From Heptranchias perlo (lineage: Eukaryota), in the NCBI RefSeq assembly GCF_035084215.1, contig NC_090356.1:15810001-15874000 (forward strand): DNA of 64,000 nucleotides. Reading direction: 5' to 3'. Shown here piece by piece: positions 10,672 through 24,190 of this stretch. Under the pieces are notes generated by a model that ran no database searches, was not told where the DNA came from, and saw nothing but the letters and a program-made list of their open reading frames with translations. Each line of letters starts with the position of its first letter. Position 1 is the first letter of the stretch. The position numbers and the translations under genes are program-made.

Positions 10672-11062
10672 TAAAGAAAGATTTGCATTTATATAGCGCC
10701 TTTCACAACCTCAGGACCTCCCAAAGCGCTTTAGGGCCAATGAAGTACCTTTGAAGTGCAGCCACTGTTGTAATGTAGGAAACGCAGTTGTCAATTTGCG
10801 CACAGCAAGGTCCCACAAACAGCAATGTGATAACGACCAGATAATCTGTTTTTAGTGATGTTGGTTGAGGGATAGATATTGACTAGGACACCGGGGAGAA
10901 CTCCCCTGCTCTTCTTGAAATTGTGCCATGGAATCCTTTATGTCCACTTGAGAGGGAAGACGGGGCCTTGGTTTAATGTCTCATCCGAAAGACGACACCT
11001 CCGACAGTGTAGCACTCCCTCAGTACTGCACTGGAGTGTCTGCCTAGATTTTGTGCTCAAGT
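10672..11062 (-). mobile_element. Deu-SINE, head missing
   Basis: Well-preserved body and tail matching the copies at 23690-24144 and 62080-62500. Confidence 0.8.
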
Positions 11063-11369
11063 ACACAATGCAGCAGTATCTGAATATAAATATGGTAGTG
11101 AAATGATCAGCAATAATTCCGCCCCCCCCTCCACCCCAAACAAAGTGAAAGATGTTAGACATAGAACAATTTTGCATTTTGGGCACCCAGTTTCAGCATC
11201 AGACACGGCCAAGTCAGGTATAACACAGACAGACACAGACTGAGCTCCCTCTACTCTTCCCCAATAATGTGCCTTAGCCCCAACCATGGGGACATAGTAT
11301 CAGATTCAGCTGATGGAGTGTAGGCAACAGGGAACAAGCAATAATTCAGAATCAAAAGGAATGGAAGGT

Positions 11370-11720
11370 GCAATCAGGTACATTTGGCGGAACAAGACGG
11401 CAAATAAGGTGGAATGATGTAGGTGAAGGAATTTGAAAATGAGTACGAGGATATTGAGGTCAATTTGCTGGGGCACAGGATCTGTGGAGTTCTGGAGTTT
11501 GTGAGGCTGGAGGGAAGCTAGCAAGGAGAGCATTGGAGAAGTCAATCCCTGAAGTAATGAGGCATGAATTAGAGTCTCAGCCACTGTGAGTAAGAGGTAG
11601 GTGTGCAAGTAGGTATTCCAGATGTGGACATGCAGTCTTGGTGATGGAGCAGATGTGAGGTAAATAGGTCATCTCAAGGTCAAACAGGACATTAAGGATA
11701 CAAGGAATTCACTGGGCTCA
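11370..11720 (-). mobile_element. Degraded L2 fragment
   Basis: Remnant peptide 'AETLIHA...ILVLIFKFLH'. Confidence 0.55.
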
Positions 11721-12602
11721 GTGTTACATTGATTGGGTAAGCGGAACGTCTGCCCCACCAGATTTCTGAGGAAAATCTGAACCATTTTGTCTTAGAAGAA
11801 ATGAAAGTACTAAAGTTTTCACAGTCCCATTGAAAACCATGGAGGAGATCAAGAGTTGGGAAATCGTTTCCCATGTCTGCTAAATTTAACAAAAAGTAGA
11901 TGGAGTAAACAAGACCAATAGGAAGTTCTACCATTTCTACTATTGCTCTGAATTTTGTTCCCAAACTAAAATGTTAATAAAAATTAGTCAGAAAATTATG
12001 TTAAGATCTACTGAAGCCTTTTTAAAGGCTGATCATAAGAAAGAATTCCAGAATGCACTGGAATATAAATGAAAATCGAGTTCTGAACTCTCGGTCAGAC
12101 CTGGGAACTGTTGGGATATCTCTGAGGTCAGAGGGGCAGAATTACAGGCTCCAGCAGCCATCAAAGGGCTGCTGGTTGCCCTTGCAGTGCCTCAATTTCC
12201 GCCCCTCCCCACCCATAACGTTTGGGGCATGCCAATCCAATTCAACAATTGGCCTCTGGAGGCCAAGAAACAAGAGAAAGCTGGATGTCCCTATTGAAAG
12301 GGTGTGGCCATCAGAGTAAGAATATTAAATTTCTATAGGGGCTGATTTGCAACACCCATTTGTAATGATTGTTGAGCAACAGGAGCACTGGTCAGGAGCT
12401 TGGGCTGCATTGTGGGGCTGGGTCTCATTTAAATACATTTTGGGCCTTAATGAGCCTTGGCACAGTTTGTTCAAGGGCTCTAAGTGCTGGCAGTGCTTCA
12501 GGCCTACATTGCTCAGCAATGAGCATATTGAACATGAAATAGGCCTTAGGTCTCAATTTCCAATAATTTGGAGAATCAACATTCAATGTAGTTGAGTGGT
12601 CT

Positions 12603-13023
12603 AGAATAAGAACATAAGAAATAGGAGCAGGAGGAGACCACATGGCCCCTCGAGCCTGCTCCACCTTTTCAATCAGATCATGGCTGATCTTCGACCTCAA
12701 CTCCACTTTCCAGCCCGATCCCATATCCCTTGATGACGGGTCATAGACACAAGATTAAATGTAAGAGACTTAGAACAGAGACCAAAATAAACATCTTTAC
12801 ACAGAGTTGTGAGGCTGTGGAATTCACTTCCAAGGCTAATGGTTGAGGCAGAAACAAGGTTGACATTCAAGATCACATTGGATGGTTGATGAAGGAAATG
12901 GGGATGAAGGGATATGGGACAGGGTGTGTAAACATGATTAGAACTATTTTCTCATGTGGTGGGTAAATGCCAACACGGACTGGTTGGGTCGAATTACCTG
13001 TTTCTGTGTTGTAATTTCTATGC
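12603..13023. mobile_element. Two CR1 3' fragments in opposite orientations (12603-12735 minus; 12738-13023 plus)
   Basis: 'aagaacataagaaataggagcagg' tail on minus; 'acacagagttgtgaggctgtggaattcacttcc' 3' region on plus. Confidence 0.7.
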
Positions 13024-13919
13024 AAATACGCTTCAGCACAACAGGCACCAGCCATTGTATTATCATCTCTATGGAGTTAGTTATCCAAAGGAAGATCAAG
13101 GTTTCCAAGTATTAGCACAGGTAATGCTCATAAAAACAATCTAAATAAACACATCAACAATTCAATAGATAATTCAGATCTTTTATTAAAATGCTATCAT
13201 ATATCAAATTAACTTAATGGCAATATTTTACTAAGCATGCAATGCAGTTTATATGTGTCCGATACATTGTCAAAGTTCAATTTTAGTTTGTCTGAAGAAA
13301 TGTACCAATGAATACTGAGTGTCTTTTTCTAAGTTAACCTGATCCTGACTTTCACTATAAATGAGCACCACATTTCAATCAATCTTTTCTGCTTATATTA
13401 ATACTTCATGTTTATTCATGTCCTTGTTTTCTGTGTGCTTTGTGTCCCCTTTTATCTCTAATTTCTGCTTGCTTTGGAAAGCTCTTGAATTATTGGGAAA
13501 TGTATGACATAAAACAAATTAAATATTTGATTATATTTACATGTTTTTTCAAATATTGCTACCACAAATGCAATAAAATCTGTTTTTTAAAATGATGTAA
13601 TTACAGTTTGACTCTCCCATATTGTATATATTTATATAAAGACACTAATAGTAAATTCATGTTGTTTATGACATGACTATTACTACCATGAAGAATATAA
13701 CCTTTTGGTTAAAACCCATTTATGTGGACAGGTTGTGAAGATTCTGAATGATTTAACCATGGCAAATTAACTGAGGACTATTGCTGACGATAATTATCTG
13801 AGTTTAGAATTTGTACTTATTGTTTAGTTTTAATCCCCTTGGCAAAACTAGTTAATGAAGACAATTCACACAGTTATTGTTAAAACATCTGAAGCTATTT
13901 AACAACTATTACAGCATCA

Positions 13920-14412
13920 ACATTTGACATTTATATATCACCTTTAGCATAGAGAAGAAGAAAGGAAAAAACGGGCACCTAACCAAAGAAGGAGATAGTA
14001 GGAGGGGTGACCAACAGCTTGGACAAAGGCAGCTGAAGGCATAGTCACCAATGGTGGGGCAAAAGGGAGGAGATGAGCAAGAGGCCAGACTCAGAGGAGC
14101 AGAGAGTTAGGGGAGTGAGGGCATTGTAGCACTGGAGTGGGTTACAGAGATAAGGAGGGATGAGGCCAGGAAGGGATTTAAAGGGATGTATGTCATAGAG
14201 GACAGGGCTGGTGGACAGTGGGACCTTTTGCAGGAAAGGATGCGAGCAGCAGAGTTTTGGATGAACTGAGGTCGATGAAGGGGGGAAGATGGGAGGCCGG
14301 CCAAGACAGCATTGAAATAGTCAAATCTAGAAGTGACAAAAGTACGGATGGAGGTTTCAGTGGCAGATGAGCTGAGGGAGGAGCAGAGCTGGGCATTGTT
14401 ACAGAGGTGGAA
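13920..14412 (-). mobile_element. L2 3' fragment
   Basis: 'FVTSRFDYFNAVLAGLPSSPLHRPQFIQNSAARIL' is a typical L2 RT C-terminus. Confidence 0.8.
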
Positions 14413-15580
14413 GTATTCACTATATAAAAGGATGTGTATATTTCTGTTCATCTTTAATTGAAGAATGAGATGAACAAAAATAACAGATGGAGCATAATAT
14501 TTGACTTGTACTGTGGCAATGTCGCAACTGTTTCCTAATTTGTTGCAGATGTCTTGCGTTTCCTTCAGTGTAAACGGACACCATGTCTTCAGCACAACAG
14601 ATTGTAATGATCTTTAGATGCAATGCTGAGTGATGCACTCATCAATTCAGATGATTTATTGCTTATTAAAAGACAGAATTTAGATTGGTTATGAATCCCA
14701 ACTGAAGCAATAATTAAGACTTGAAAAAAGCAAGTCAGCAAACATGCTTAATATGCAAAAAAATGCATCTGTAATAATTTCGTAGCAACTGCCTGCTGGA
14801 TTGCCAAACTTTTTATCAGTTATACCGATTAAGCAGAGCTTGAAGAAATATGAAAGGAGCATTATTACAGGTGCATTGCGATTGACTGTTATGACATCAA
14901 TTAAGCATTAAAGACCATTAAAAACCAGGTGGTCATGTCTGCATCAGGCATCAGTGGGAGGAGCTGAGCAATTCAATTCAAACACAAGCATCTTGTGGGT
15001 TTTGTTTCTATATATGTTTGATTGGCAGCTTCTATTGAGTTTAAGAGATGCTTTATTTAAATTTCCTTTGTCCTGGTTAAATTTTGAAAAGTATTTATAG
15101 CCTGCCTCGCTCCAAATGAACAGTCTGTCTGAAGCCATGAGAGAGTTAGGTCAGAGAGACTCTGTGGATAGTGAGCAACAAGCTGCCATTTAAAGGGTAA
15201 TATTCAAAGAACTTGTTTTTAGTCCAGTTTACATTGGAGCAGACACAAAGGTTTGTTATTTTCTGCAAGGAGATAGTTAAGCCTATAACTTACTGTAAAG
15301 CTATGGTGTGTCATCGCAATTGTTCACTTATCCACTTATTTAATAAATCTGTTTAGCTATTTATAGCCCCAACTACGGCTTAGAGGAGTCCTTATCTCAC
15401 CACCTTCCAAAATCAAAGAAGATCATGTGGGGAGACATGATTTGGTAACATACAGTAACAAGAGTTTTCTTTCTGAATCCTCGACTCACTACAAATAACC
15501 TATATGTTGGGCAGGTAAAGGGAGCAAGAGCTTGCTTAAGGGAGTGGTCTGAGACAATAAACACAAGACAAATATCTACC

Positions 15581-15740
15581 GGGGTAAATTTGATTTTGGG
15601 GGATGGTGTAAAATGGACGATACTGATTCAACCGTCCATTAGTGACATCAATGGAAATAAAAATCGGGAGAGATGTAAAACAGGCTGCCGATTTGCTATC
15701 ACCCATTTTACATAATTGCACAAAGTCCAAATTACTCCCC
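15581..15740. mobile_element. MITE, Harbinger-like ends
   Basis: Ends GGGGTAAATTTG ... CAAATTACTCCCC; internal similarity to 30566-30751. Confidence 0.55.
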
Positions 15741-16540
15741 TAGAATAATACATTTATCTTTAATAAAATCACCCATAGGAAAATTGCACTCTGGTGCCAT
15801 TTTGTTTGGCAGTCATTAAATTCTACAAAACTCAATATTTAGTTCCTTTTTTTCCTCTGTAAGAGAGGATGCTCCTCAGTTAGCCAGACTCTGCACTCAG
15901 AGGAATTACAGTTGTGTGGACTGAGGACCAGCAATCCGAAGCAAGTTAATGAACGCGGAGTGGAATCTTCAGCTGTTTGATTGTCAATCAGCAGCAAAAT
16001 TATAATTTAAGCAAAACAACAGTTAGACGCTTTCTAGAATCCAACTGTGGTAACCTTAAAGTAAAATTCTCATCTGGCACTTTGAGATGCAACAGTCCAC
16101 CAGCTTTCCAAACAGACAAACGTGTAGTCATAGGAATAGAAATTGGTATGTGTTGCACCTGTTTTCAGGGCATAAAGCATACCAAGTTAGGAATGGGACA
16201 ACTTGCGCCAAATCCATTGCAGGAGTTGGTCCTACTGCTAAATTTGTGGGAACCTTTCTCTAGTCATCCCAGGCGGATGCCCAAAACAGGCATTGACCTC
16301 TTAAATATGTAAATTAGAGGCCTAACACCTGTTGAAAGCCCCTATCCAGAAATTAGTAGGTGATGAGTGAGGCAGGTGTCAGACCTGACCCGCTCAGGAT
16401 TCTTCAGCAGCCCCAGTGGCCACCAACGAAAGGTGAGTTACCATTCCTGTGTAGCCAGTAGGAGCAAGAGTGCTCCTCTGACTCCACAGTAGTTGCGATT
16501 CCGGCCCCAGCTCCCTGTAGCCCGCTCCGACCCCCCCCAC

Positions 16541-17343
16541 CTGAGATTTCAAAAAAGCACCAAGACCTAGCTTGGCTGGTGGTGAGAAGGGCCCTTCCCG
16601 TCAGATCCTTCATGCACTCCAGGACTCTCAGCGCCACCGCACACTGTCCCACAGGAGGCTGCGATGGAGACGAGACCGTCACCCATCTCCTTCTGGAATG
16701 CGCCTTTGCAAAGAAGGTCTGGAGAGAGATGCAGTGGTATCTGTCCAGGTTCGTCCCGAGCAGTTCCCTAACACAGGACTCTACGGGCTGTTCCCGGGGA
16801 CGCACACCGAGACAAACATCAACTGCTGCTGGAAGACCATTAACTCAGTGAAAGACGCCCTTTGGTCTGCCCGAAACCTGCTGGTCTTCCAGTGCAAGGA
16901 GCTGTCCTCGACCGAGTGTTGCAGACTGGCACATTCCAAGGTCCAGGACTACGTGCTCAGGGACGCACTGAGGTTGGGTGCAGCAGCCGCAAAGGCTCTG
17001 TGGGGAAAGGCAACCATTTAGAGCCTTCCCGCCATTGTATACCGAGGGGCTGCAATCAGGGAAAACCCCCCCTGGGCAGAATGTAAAATTCAAATTGCTG
17101 TAATGTACCTGTAATGAATCTGTAATGTACCTGTAATGAATCTGTAATCAATAATCTGTACTGAGTATGATGCAATGAGACACCCCAGAGTGTCATGAAC
17201 TGAAATTATGTACAATGTGTTCATTGAACTGTACTTGATTTAACCTGCAAATTGTATAATCTGACGTTTGAAATGTGATATGACAACTGTATTGTATGTA
17301 TTGCTACAAATTTTATGAATAAAGTATATTTTTTGAAAAAAAA
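16541..17343 (+). mobile_element. Tx1/L1-clade LINE 3' fragment
   Basis: zf-RVT motif 'CPTGGCDGDETVTHLLLECAFAKKVW', one frameshift, 3' UTR with tandem 'tgtaatgtacctgtaatgaatc', AATAAA and poly(A). Confidence 0.8.
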
Positions 17344-18009
17344 GATGGCTAGTGAGGCAGGCAGCCTGACATTGATCTCTTCGCTTGGGCAAGTTGCCTG
17401 TGGAGGTGCGAGCAATGCCAGCAGCTCACAGTGAGTACACTGATTAGGCCTCCCGGTTTGGGCGCGCGCTGGTCACGCTGTGAAAACGGGCCCAGACCAA
17501 AATCTAGCCCACAGTCTATGATGGGATTAAATCATTGAGTCACTGACCAAGCCTGTTTCTTGGTTTATTTAATGCTGAATCCAGAACTAGAAATTCAGAA
17601 AACCCATTACAACAACTGCCACAGCAGCTGATGGTTGTCCAGAACCACTGCCCCTGCCTTTTGGTGATAGATGAATTTGTAATTTTATTTTATAGATCCC
17701 TAAGCCTGATATTTAAATTTGGGCTTCCTTATGTTGTCACGGTTACATTTTCTACTCATTGGCTATGAATGGGTGGAGATTTTTGTACAACAGCCAGTTT
17801 GCAAAATAGACATTAGATTAGAATCCCTATAGAGTCAGACTGAGAATTAATTTTAATATTCAATCCTATGTAAATGAGATTTAAAGCAGTGTTGCCATGA
17901 CAAGATCATGCAGGACGTTTAGCCTGTCTATCTATATATATATATATATATCTACGGCTGCAAGTAGTTAGAAATGTTTTGGTCTTCCAGGAAATGGCTT
18001 CATAAATGG

Positions 18010-19186
18010 TTAAACTAAATGGTACAATTTTAAAGGGATGCAGTAATAGAGAGACCTGGGGATTTACGTATATAAATCTTTGAAGGTGGCAGGACAAGTT
18101 GAGAAGGCTGTTAAAAAAGCATATGGGATCCTTGGCTTTATAAACAGAGGCATAGAGTACAAAAGCAAGGAGAAGCTGGGATTGTTCTCCTTGGAACAGA
18201 GAAGGTTGAGAGGAGATTATTTAGAGGTATTCAAAATCATGAAGGGTCTAGACAGAGTAGATAGAGAGAAACTGTTCCCGTTGGCGGAAGGGTCAAGAAC
18301 CAGAGGGCATAGATTTAAGGTGATAGGCAAAAGAACCAAAGGTGACACGTGGAAAAACTTTTTTTTTTAACACAGCAAGTGGCTAGGATCTGGAATGCAC
18401 TGCCTGAGGGGGAGGCAGATTCAATCATGGCCTTCAAAAGGGAACTGGATAAATACTTGAAATGAAAAAATGTGCAGGGCTATGGGGATAGAGTGGGGGA
18501 GTGGGACTAGCTGGATTGCTCTTGTTTAGAGCCGGCACGGACTCGATGAGCCGAATGGCCTCCTTCTGTGCTGTAACCTTTCTATGATTCTATGTTATAC
18601 TAAAACTTTATAAATCACTGGTTAGGCCCCAGCTGGAGTATTGTGTCCAATTCTGGGCATTACAATTTAGGAAGGATGTCAATGCCCTAGAGAGGGTGCA
18701 GAGGAGATTTACCAGAATGGTACCAGGAATGCGGGACTTCAGTTATGAGGAGAGGCTAGCAAAGCTGGGGTTGTTCTTCTTACAGCAGAGAACGTCAAAG
18801 GGAGATTTAATAGAGGTGTTCAAAATCATGAAGGGTTTTGATAGAGTAAATAAGGAGAAACTGTTTCCACTGGCAGAAGGGTCGGTAACCAGAGGACACA
18901 GATTTAAGGTAATTGGCAAAAGAATCGGAGGCGAGATGAGGAGAATTCTTTTTACGCAGCGAGTTGTTATGATCTGGAATGCACCGCCTGAAGAGGTGGT
19001 AGAAGCAGATTCAATAGTAACTTTCAAAAAAGGGAATTAGATAAAAACGTGAAGGAGGAAAATTTACACAGCTATGGGGAAAGAGCAGGGGAATGGGACT
19101 AATTGCTCTTTCAAAGAGCCGACACAGGCATGATGGCCGAATGGCCTCCTTCTGTGCTGTATCATTCTATGCTTCTATGATTCTAT
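18010..19186 (+). mobile_element. CR1 3' fragment with a second CR1 3' fragment (about 18171-18592) nested inside it
   Basis: Host frame 'GIEYKSKE' resumes as 'VILKLYKSLVRPQLEYC' after the inner (ttctatga)n tail. Confidence 0.85.
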
Positions 19187-19243
19187 AAAACAGTACATAT
19201 TTGGTTATTGCAACAAAAATTGATGAAATGGGTATTACACTTA

Positions 19244-21145
19244 GGGGGTTGATTTTGAGGCCTGTTGCCTGGCCCCAAAAATTACGGGGAAGAAATTATT
19301 GTCCCGCTTCTGGTATCGCTTTGGTCATAAGTCATTTTCCAGGGGCCTGAAGGCAGCACAAACCTAATTTAAGTATTTAAATTGGGATCCTATGACATCG
19401 ATAAGACTCCAGTGTCATTTTAGATAGCAAGTGTATATTCTACTGCTTCTACAAGGTGCTCCCCCAATGGCTTCAGTAGAGGTGATGGAAGTCTGCTGAT
19501 GCTCAGATGAGGTCCCTTGAGATGCTCGTGGTCAAACTTGAGGGCCCGGCTGCAACCTGCAACATCTCGGCTGGTGCTGGGGCAGTCTGACACAGCTGCC
19601 TTTTGTGCACCATGTTGGGCATTGGTTGAGTGGGTGGCGAGGGAACACGTGCTGCCATCCTGAGAGAGGGCAACAAGTGCCACTCCCATTGTGCCACTGC
19701 CACTTCCATGGGGCTGTGACTAATCACTCCCAGTGATGTGTGGGAGAGCAGACTGTAGGAGATCTGAGAAGCTTTTGGAGCCTATATCTATGGGTTCTAC
19801 CAGCCTTTCAAATCTGGCGAAGACTGAGGAACCCAGAGCTTAAACGGCACCATTCTGAGCTTCCATTAAAGCTGCCAGAGCTAGTCCCTCAGATTCCTGG
19901 CTGCAGTGTCCACAGAGGTGACCACATGCATGGTAAACTGCAGACTGCTCATGCCATTGGCCAGAATGTCGCATTCCTGGAATTGCACTCCTCCATATTC
20001 TTAGACACACAACTCCTAGGCAGGCTGTCCAATACCACCAACAATTACTGATGCCTTTCAATCAGTTTCCCTTTGTAGGATGAGCCACTAAATGTCTGCA
20101 TCTTGATCACAGCATTGCTAGGACCCGGCCTTGCCTTCCAGCAAGACATGTCCTGGGTTTCTCTTTCCACAACCTCCTGTTCCTGTGGTGTACAAATCTC
20201 CTTTGGATTCCCCCTCTAGCTCACCATCTCACTATCTAAGCCAACCGTTTCTATGCTGATGCTTGGAGAGATAGAGCAAGTGAAGGTGTTTCTTTGGGAG
20301 GGTTTTCCCCTTTCATGTCTTCTGCAGCATCTTCCAAGTGATGGGGAGAACCTAGAGAAGGAGAAAAGGAACAAGGGTTAGTATGAGATGAAAAGTTTAC
20401 CTAGCAGTCGATGACTGGCAGCGCTAAATGGCACCAAGGAGCCATGTAGCCTACACGGTAGCTAGAGAATAGAAAGAATGCAATAATAAAGGCAGATGCC
20501 TCCAGTATCGCCATATCCTATACTCTTCATCTATTATCTGAAATGGAGACAGCACCACCAGTATTGAGAAGACACATTTCTCTGCTGTGGCAAAGCCCCT
20601 CTCCCGCCACTAATGAGAACAAATTGTTTGTGGAACATATGTCAGTTAGAATGAGTGATGTATGGCCTTCACCTAGCACTGGGAAAACACTATGCAACCT
20701 GATAAGAAGTACCCCTTCCAGAAGGGTGTACAACAAACCCTCACTGACTCCATAACAACTCCATAGATGGAGGGACATGTCGATATGAAGGAAGATGGGG
20801 TGCAGCATCCAATCTGGAGCAGGATCTCTAAGATGTCTTCAGGAAATGGGAGTTTTCCCAATATTTCTACTTCCAGTCATTTTTGCCTCATTGTAGTTTT
20901 GTCAACTTTCTCTGCAACCAGTAACTCTTCTGGCAGTGGAAGCACAAACTTTGTTCCAGCAAAATATCCTCACTCCTTTAAGAGCAAAGAGCAGCCGTTT
21001 AAAAGTTGCTGCCTCACTGGACAACCACCCCACCCCACCCCGCCCCCGCCTCCTCTCGCTCCCAGCCAATTGCGCTGCTGGCTAAGTTCCTTGTGCTTGT
21101 TTTTCACATGCAGAGAGCCTATTAAAATTCAGAGCAGGGGCTAGA
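19244..21145 (-). mobile_element. Possible highly degraded Harbinger-related element
   Basis: Harbinger-like end 'gggggttgattttgagg' and a weak Myb-like remnant 'FPEDILEILLQ' near 20820-20860; second TIR not found. Confidence 0.3.
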
Positions 21146-22204
21146 AATGCAAAATCCAATAAGGCCAGCCTCTCCACTGCTTGCATAAACCCACCTGTGC
21201 TACTGTGGGCCTGGTCCTGTGTTAGCTTTGATTATGGAATTGGGGCTTATCTTTACTCTGAACAATCTATACCCCTATATCTTGGGGATCAACCATGGAA
21301 TAGATTGTGTTCCGTCACTCCCTGGACTAGTTTCAATCACCTGGTCATCAAAACAGCTTTTCCTAAGTCACTGCTCCCAAATTGTACCCATATCAGCTGG
21401 ATTATGCTCGCTCGCCCATACCATAGTTTAAGTTGCTAATTAAGACTTTAACCAGTTGCTAGGATAGGATTATTACAGATATAGTTTCACTGGCTCCTCC
21501 ATTGTGCAATCATTGGATTGCATGTGCGCTCAAAGCAAACAAATTGGAACAAAACTACATGTGCGCTGCATTATACAAAAAAAGTAACGCTCAGTTAATT
21601 ATCATCAAGCAATTTCTAGGCTACTCTTTTATATTAAAACTGACCCAAGTTATATGAAGTACTTTATTAACATCATAAAAATATTTATGTATGTAAAACT
21701 ATTTTAATCAAAATGTTGGATAATTCACCAAATGCAGTCAAAAATCACAATATTCTGGGGGATGTCTCAGACCCCCATGGAAACTAAATCTCATACATTT
21801 ATTGCTTGCACACCCCTTCAGGGATGCTTACATCTGCCAAAGAACAGTCAGCTACAACTTGAGCATTTCATACACTCTAGTTTGGTTTCAATCACTATGT
21901 ATCTAGACAATTATCCATTTCTCTTTTTAAAAGATGAATCAACATGGCATTAGCTACATTTGTTGCGAGTCTATTGCACATATCCACTGCTCTATAGGGA
22001 AAAACAATTCTTCTAATCTTTATTCTTGCTTGAGGCCTGCTAACTTTGCACTTGCAAATCTGTAATTTTTAATTGTCCTTTCATTCCAGAGGTTAAAATA
22101 ATTCACCTCATTTATACTAACAGGTCTCCTGTGCCATTGCTTATATTAGGTTGGAAGATAAACTGTCTCATAACGACAGGAGCTTTTACACCATATAGCA
22201 AACA

Positions 22205-22280
22205 TTTTTGGGATGTGGGCAATGCCGGCAAGGCTGTATTTATTACCCATCACTGGGAAATAGTGGTGGGCCTTCTCCTT
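22205..22280 (-). mobile_element. Short degraded 3' tail of the tRNA-headed LINE/SINE family
   Basis: 'gggatgtgggcaatgccggcaaggctgtatttattacccatc' matches 7188-7232. Confidence 0.7.
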
Positions 22281-22540
22281 TGAACCCTTGTGGTGATGGT
22301 ACAGTTCCCACTACTTACACTGTCCACGCTGATCAGGGGCAGCCGCCTATATCAGGGAAATGGCGCTAACCATTTGCTATTACCATAGGAGTCAATTACA
22401 TAGGCATCGCTTATGATATTAAGCACGTTGACTATTTCGGGCAGTTCAATAAATATTTACCCTGCACTTACCGATTTAGAAGGCTCTGCTGATTCTGTGC
22501 AAAGTCGGGTCTTCAAGCAGTTTCAATCAGCTGTTCACAC

Positions 22541-22666
22541 CTGTAGACATTGGTAGATACTTCGTAATGGATTAGATGATCCTCATTTGATTGTGACAAC
22601 GTAAGTGGTTTAATGATGATATTGCTGGACGGGGTCTCCTGGTTCAGTTTAACCTCATATAGTGCA
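22541..22666 (-). CDS. Candidate host exon (ALYEVKLNQETPSSNIIIKPLTLSQSNEDHLIHYEVSTNVY)
   Basis: Acceptor tattttacaaacAG, donor CAG|GTGTGA (weak), 126 nt open. A competing plus-strand donor exists at 22601. Confidence 0.3.
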
Positions 22667-23689
22667 CTGTTTGTAAAATATAGCAGTGGTACATGTCATA
22701 TGGAAAGTGTATACCATTTACATGAGGAGTTAAACATTTCCAAATCAATTGAGCATGACTGAAATACTAGATAAATAAGTACCAGCAACTCTGCAACCAA
22801 CATAAAATATACTGACCCCAGGCAGTTAGTTCCTCAGTAATGGTGAGAATAAAATTTCCTTAAATTGCACCATGCATGTACAGAAGACAATCCAAACTAT
22901 ATATAGCCACATGGTACCAGATATGAGTGAATCAGCTGCTTCCATCCAGTGTGTATCATATAACTCTTTTGAAACAGAAACCTGATTTTCTGGCATTTAT
23001 TTTTATGTGTTCAATAATAATCTTATAGTTTACGACTTTTGTGACAAAAAAGGAATTCTAAAAACACCATCAGAAAAGGTATTTGAATATAAAATTCCTT
23101 CTCTGGATATTATAAGGACTGATTCCCTGACTGGGTGCTCCTAGCGCAAAGTGGTGCGCATATAGAGAGCAGGTGGTTTTCCTTCCAATCAAATGCATCG
23201 GTTGTCAGCCCACAAATTCCTGACCTATGCTCCCTGCGATCGCCAGCCCTCACTGAGAGTGCCCAATCGCACAATCAGTTCTATATCATAAAACCAACGT
23301 TCCTTATTCAAAGGAGGCTTTAATTTATTTATATAAATCCTTTAAATACATTAAGCAACCACCTGCTAACATAGCTACCATATCTATGTTAACAGTGTAA
23401 TTAATTGGAACCTACCTTTAGAGATTAAAGTTATAAATTTTTCAAATGTTTTATGACTTATTTCAGATGAGAAGCATACTTCATATATATGCCTTTTCCA
23501 GCTGAATAGTCTTTCAAGTGGTGGCTTAATAGAGATTCTGCTGCACATATTTTAATTACCTTCTCCTCTTACTACCTGTTTATGACATGTAATAATATCA
23601 CATATGCTGGCACCTAAAAGATTGGAGAACAGGCTACAGACCCTTCCATATTGAAAAAAGAAAGATGTACATTTATAAAGAAAGAAAGA

Positions 23690-24144
23690 AGAAAGATTTG
23701 CATTTATACAGCACCTTTCACAACCTTAGGATGCCACAAAACGCTTTACAGCCAATTAAGTACTTTTGAAGAGTTGTAATGTTGGAAACGCAGCAGCCAA
23801 TTTGCATACAGCAAGGTCCCACAAACAACAGTGTGTTAATGACCAGATAATCTGTTTCAGTGATGTTGGTTGAGGGATAAATATTGGCCAGGACATTGGG
23901 AAGCACTCCCCTGCCCTTCTTCGAAATAGAGCCTTGGGATTTTTTTACTTCCACCTGGGAGGGTAGACAGGGCCTCGGTTTAATGTCTCATCCAAAGGAC
24001 AGCACCTCCGACAGTGCAGCACTCTCTTAGTACTGCACTGGAGTGTCAAGCTAGATTTTGTGCTCAAGTCTCTGAAATGGGACTTGAACTCACGACCTTC
24101 AGACTCAAAGGTGAGAGTGTGATCAACTGAGCCGTAGCTGACAC
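23690..24144 (-). mobile_element. Full-length Deu-SINE
   Basis: tRNA head 'gtgtcagctacggctcagttg...gagttcaagtcc', Deu body, L2-like tail with (tctt)n. Confidence 0.85.
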
Positions 24145-24190
24145 TGACATTTATACTCTATATGGGGTGTAATATTTAATGAAATATTTA

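Noticed and set aside
17097-17160. CRISPR-like or functional repeat array
   Set aside because: Short tandem repeat in a Tx1 3' UTR with no spacers; eukaryotic context.
17930-17952. (TA)n microsatellite, and (CATA)n at about 35640-35680
   Set aside because: Ordinary simple repeats.
22472-22540. Exon ending at the strong minus-strand donor TCG|GTAAGT
   Set aside because: Stops in all frames from the nearby acceptors examined; could only be non-coding.
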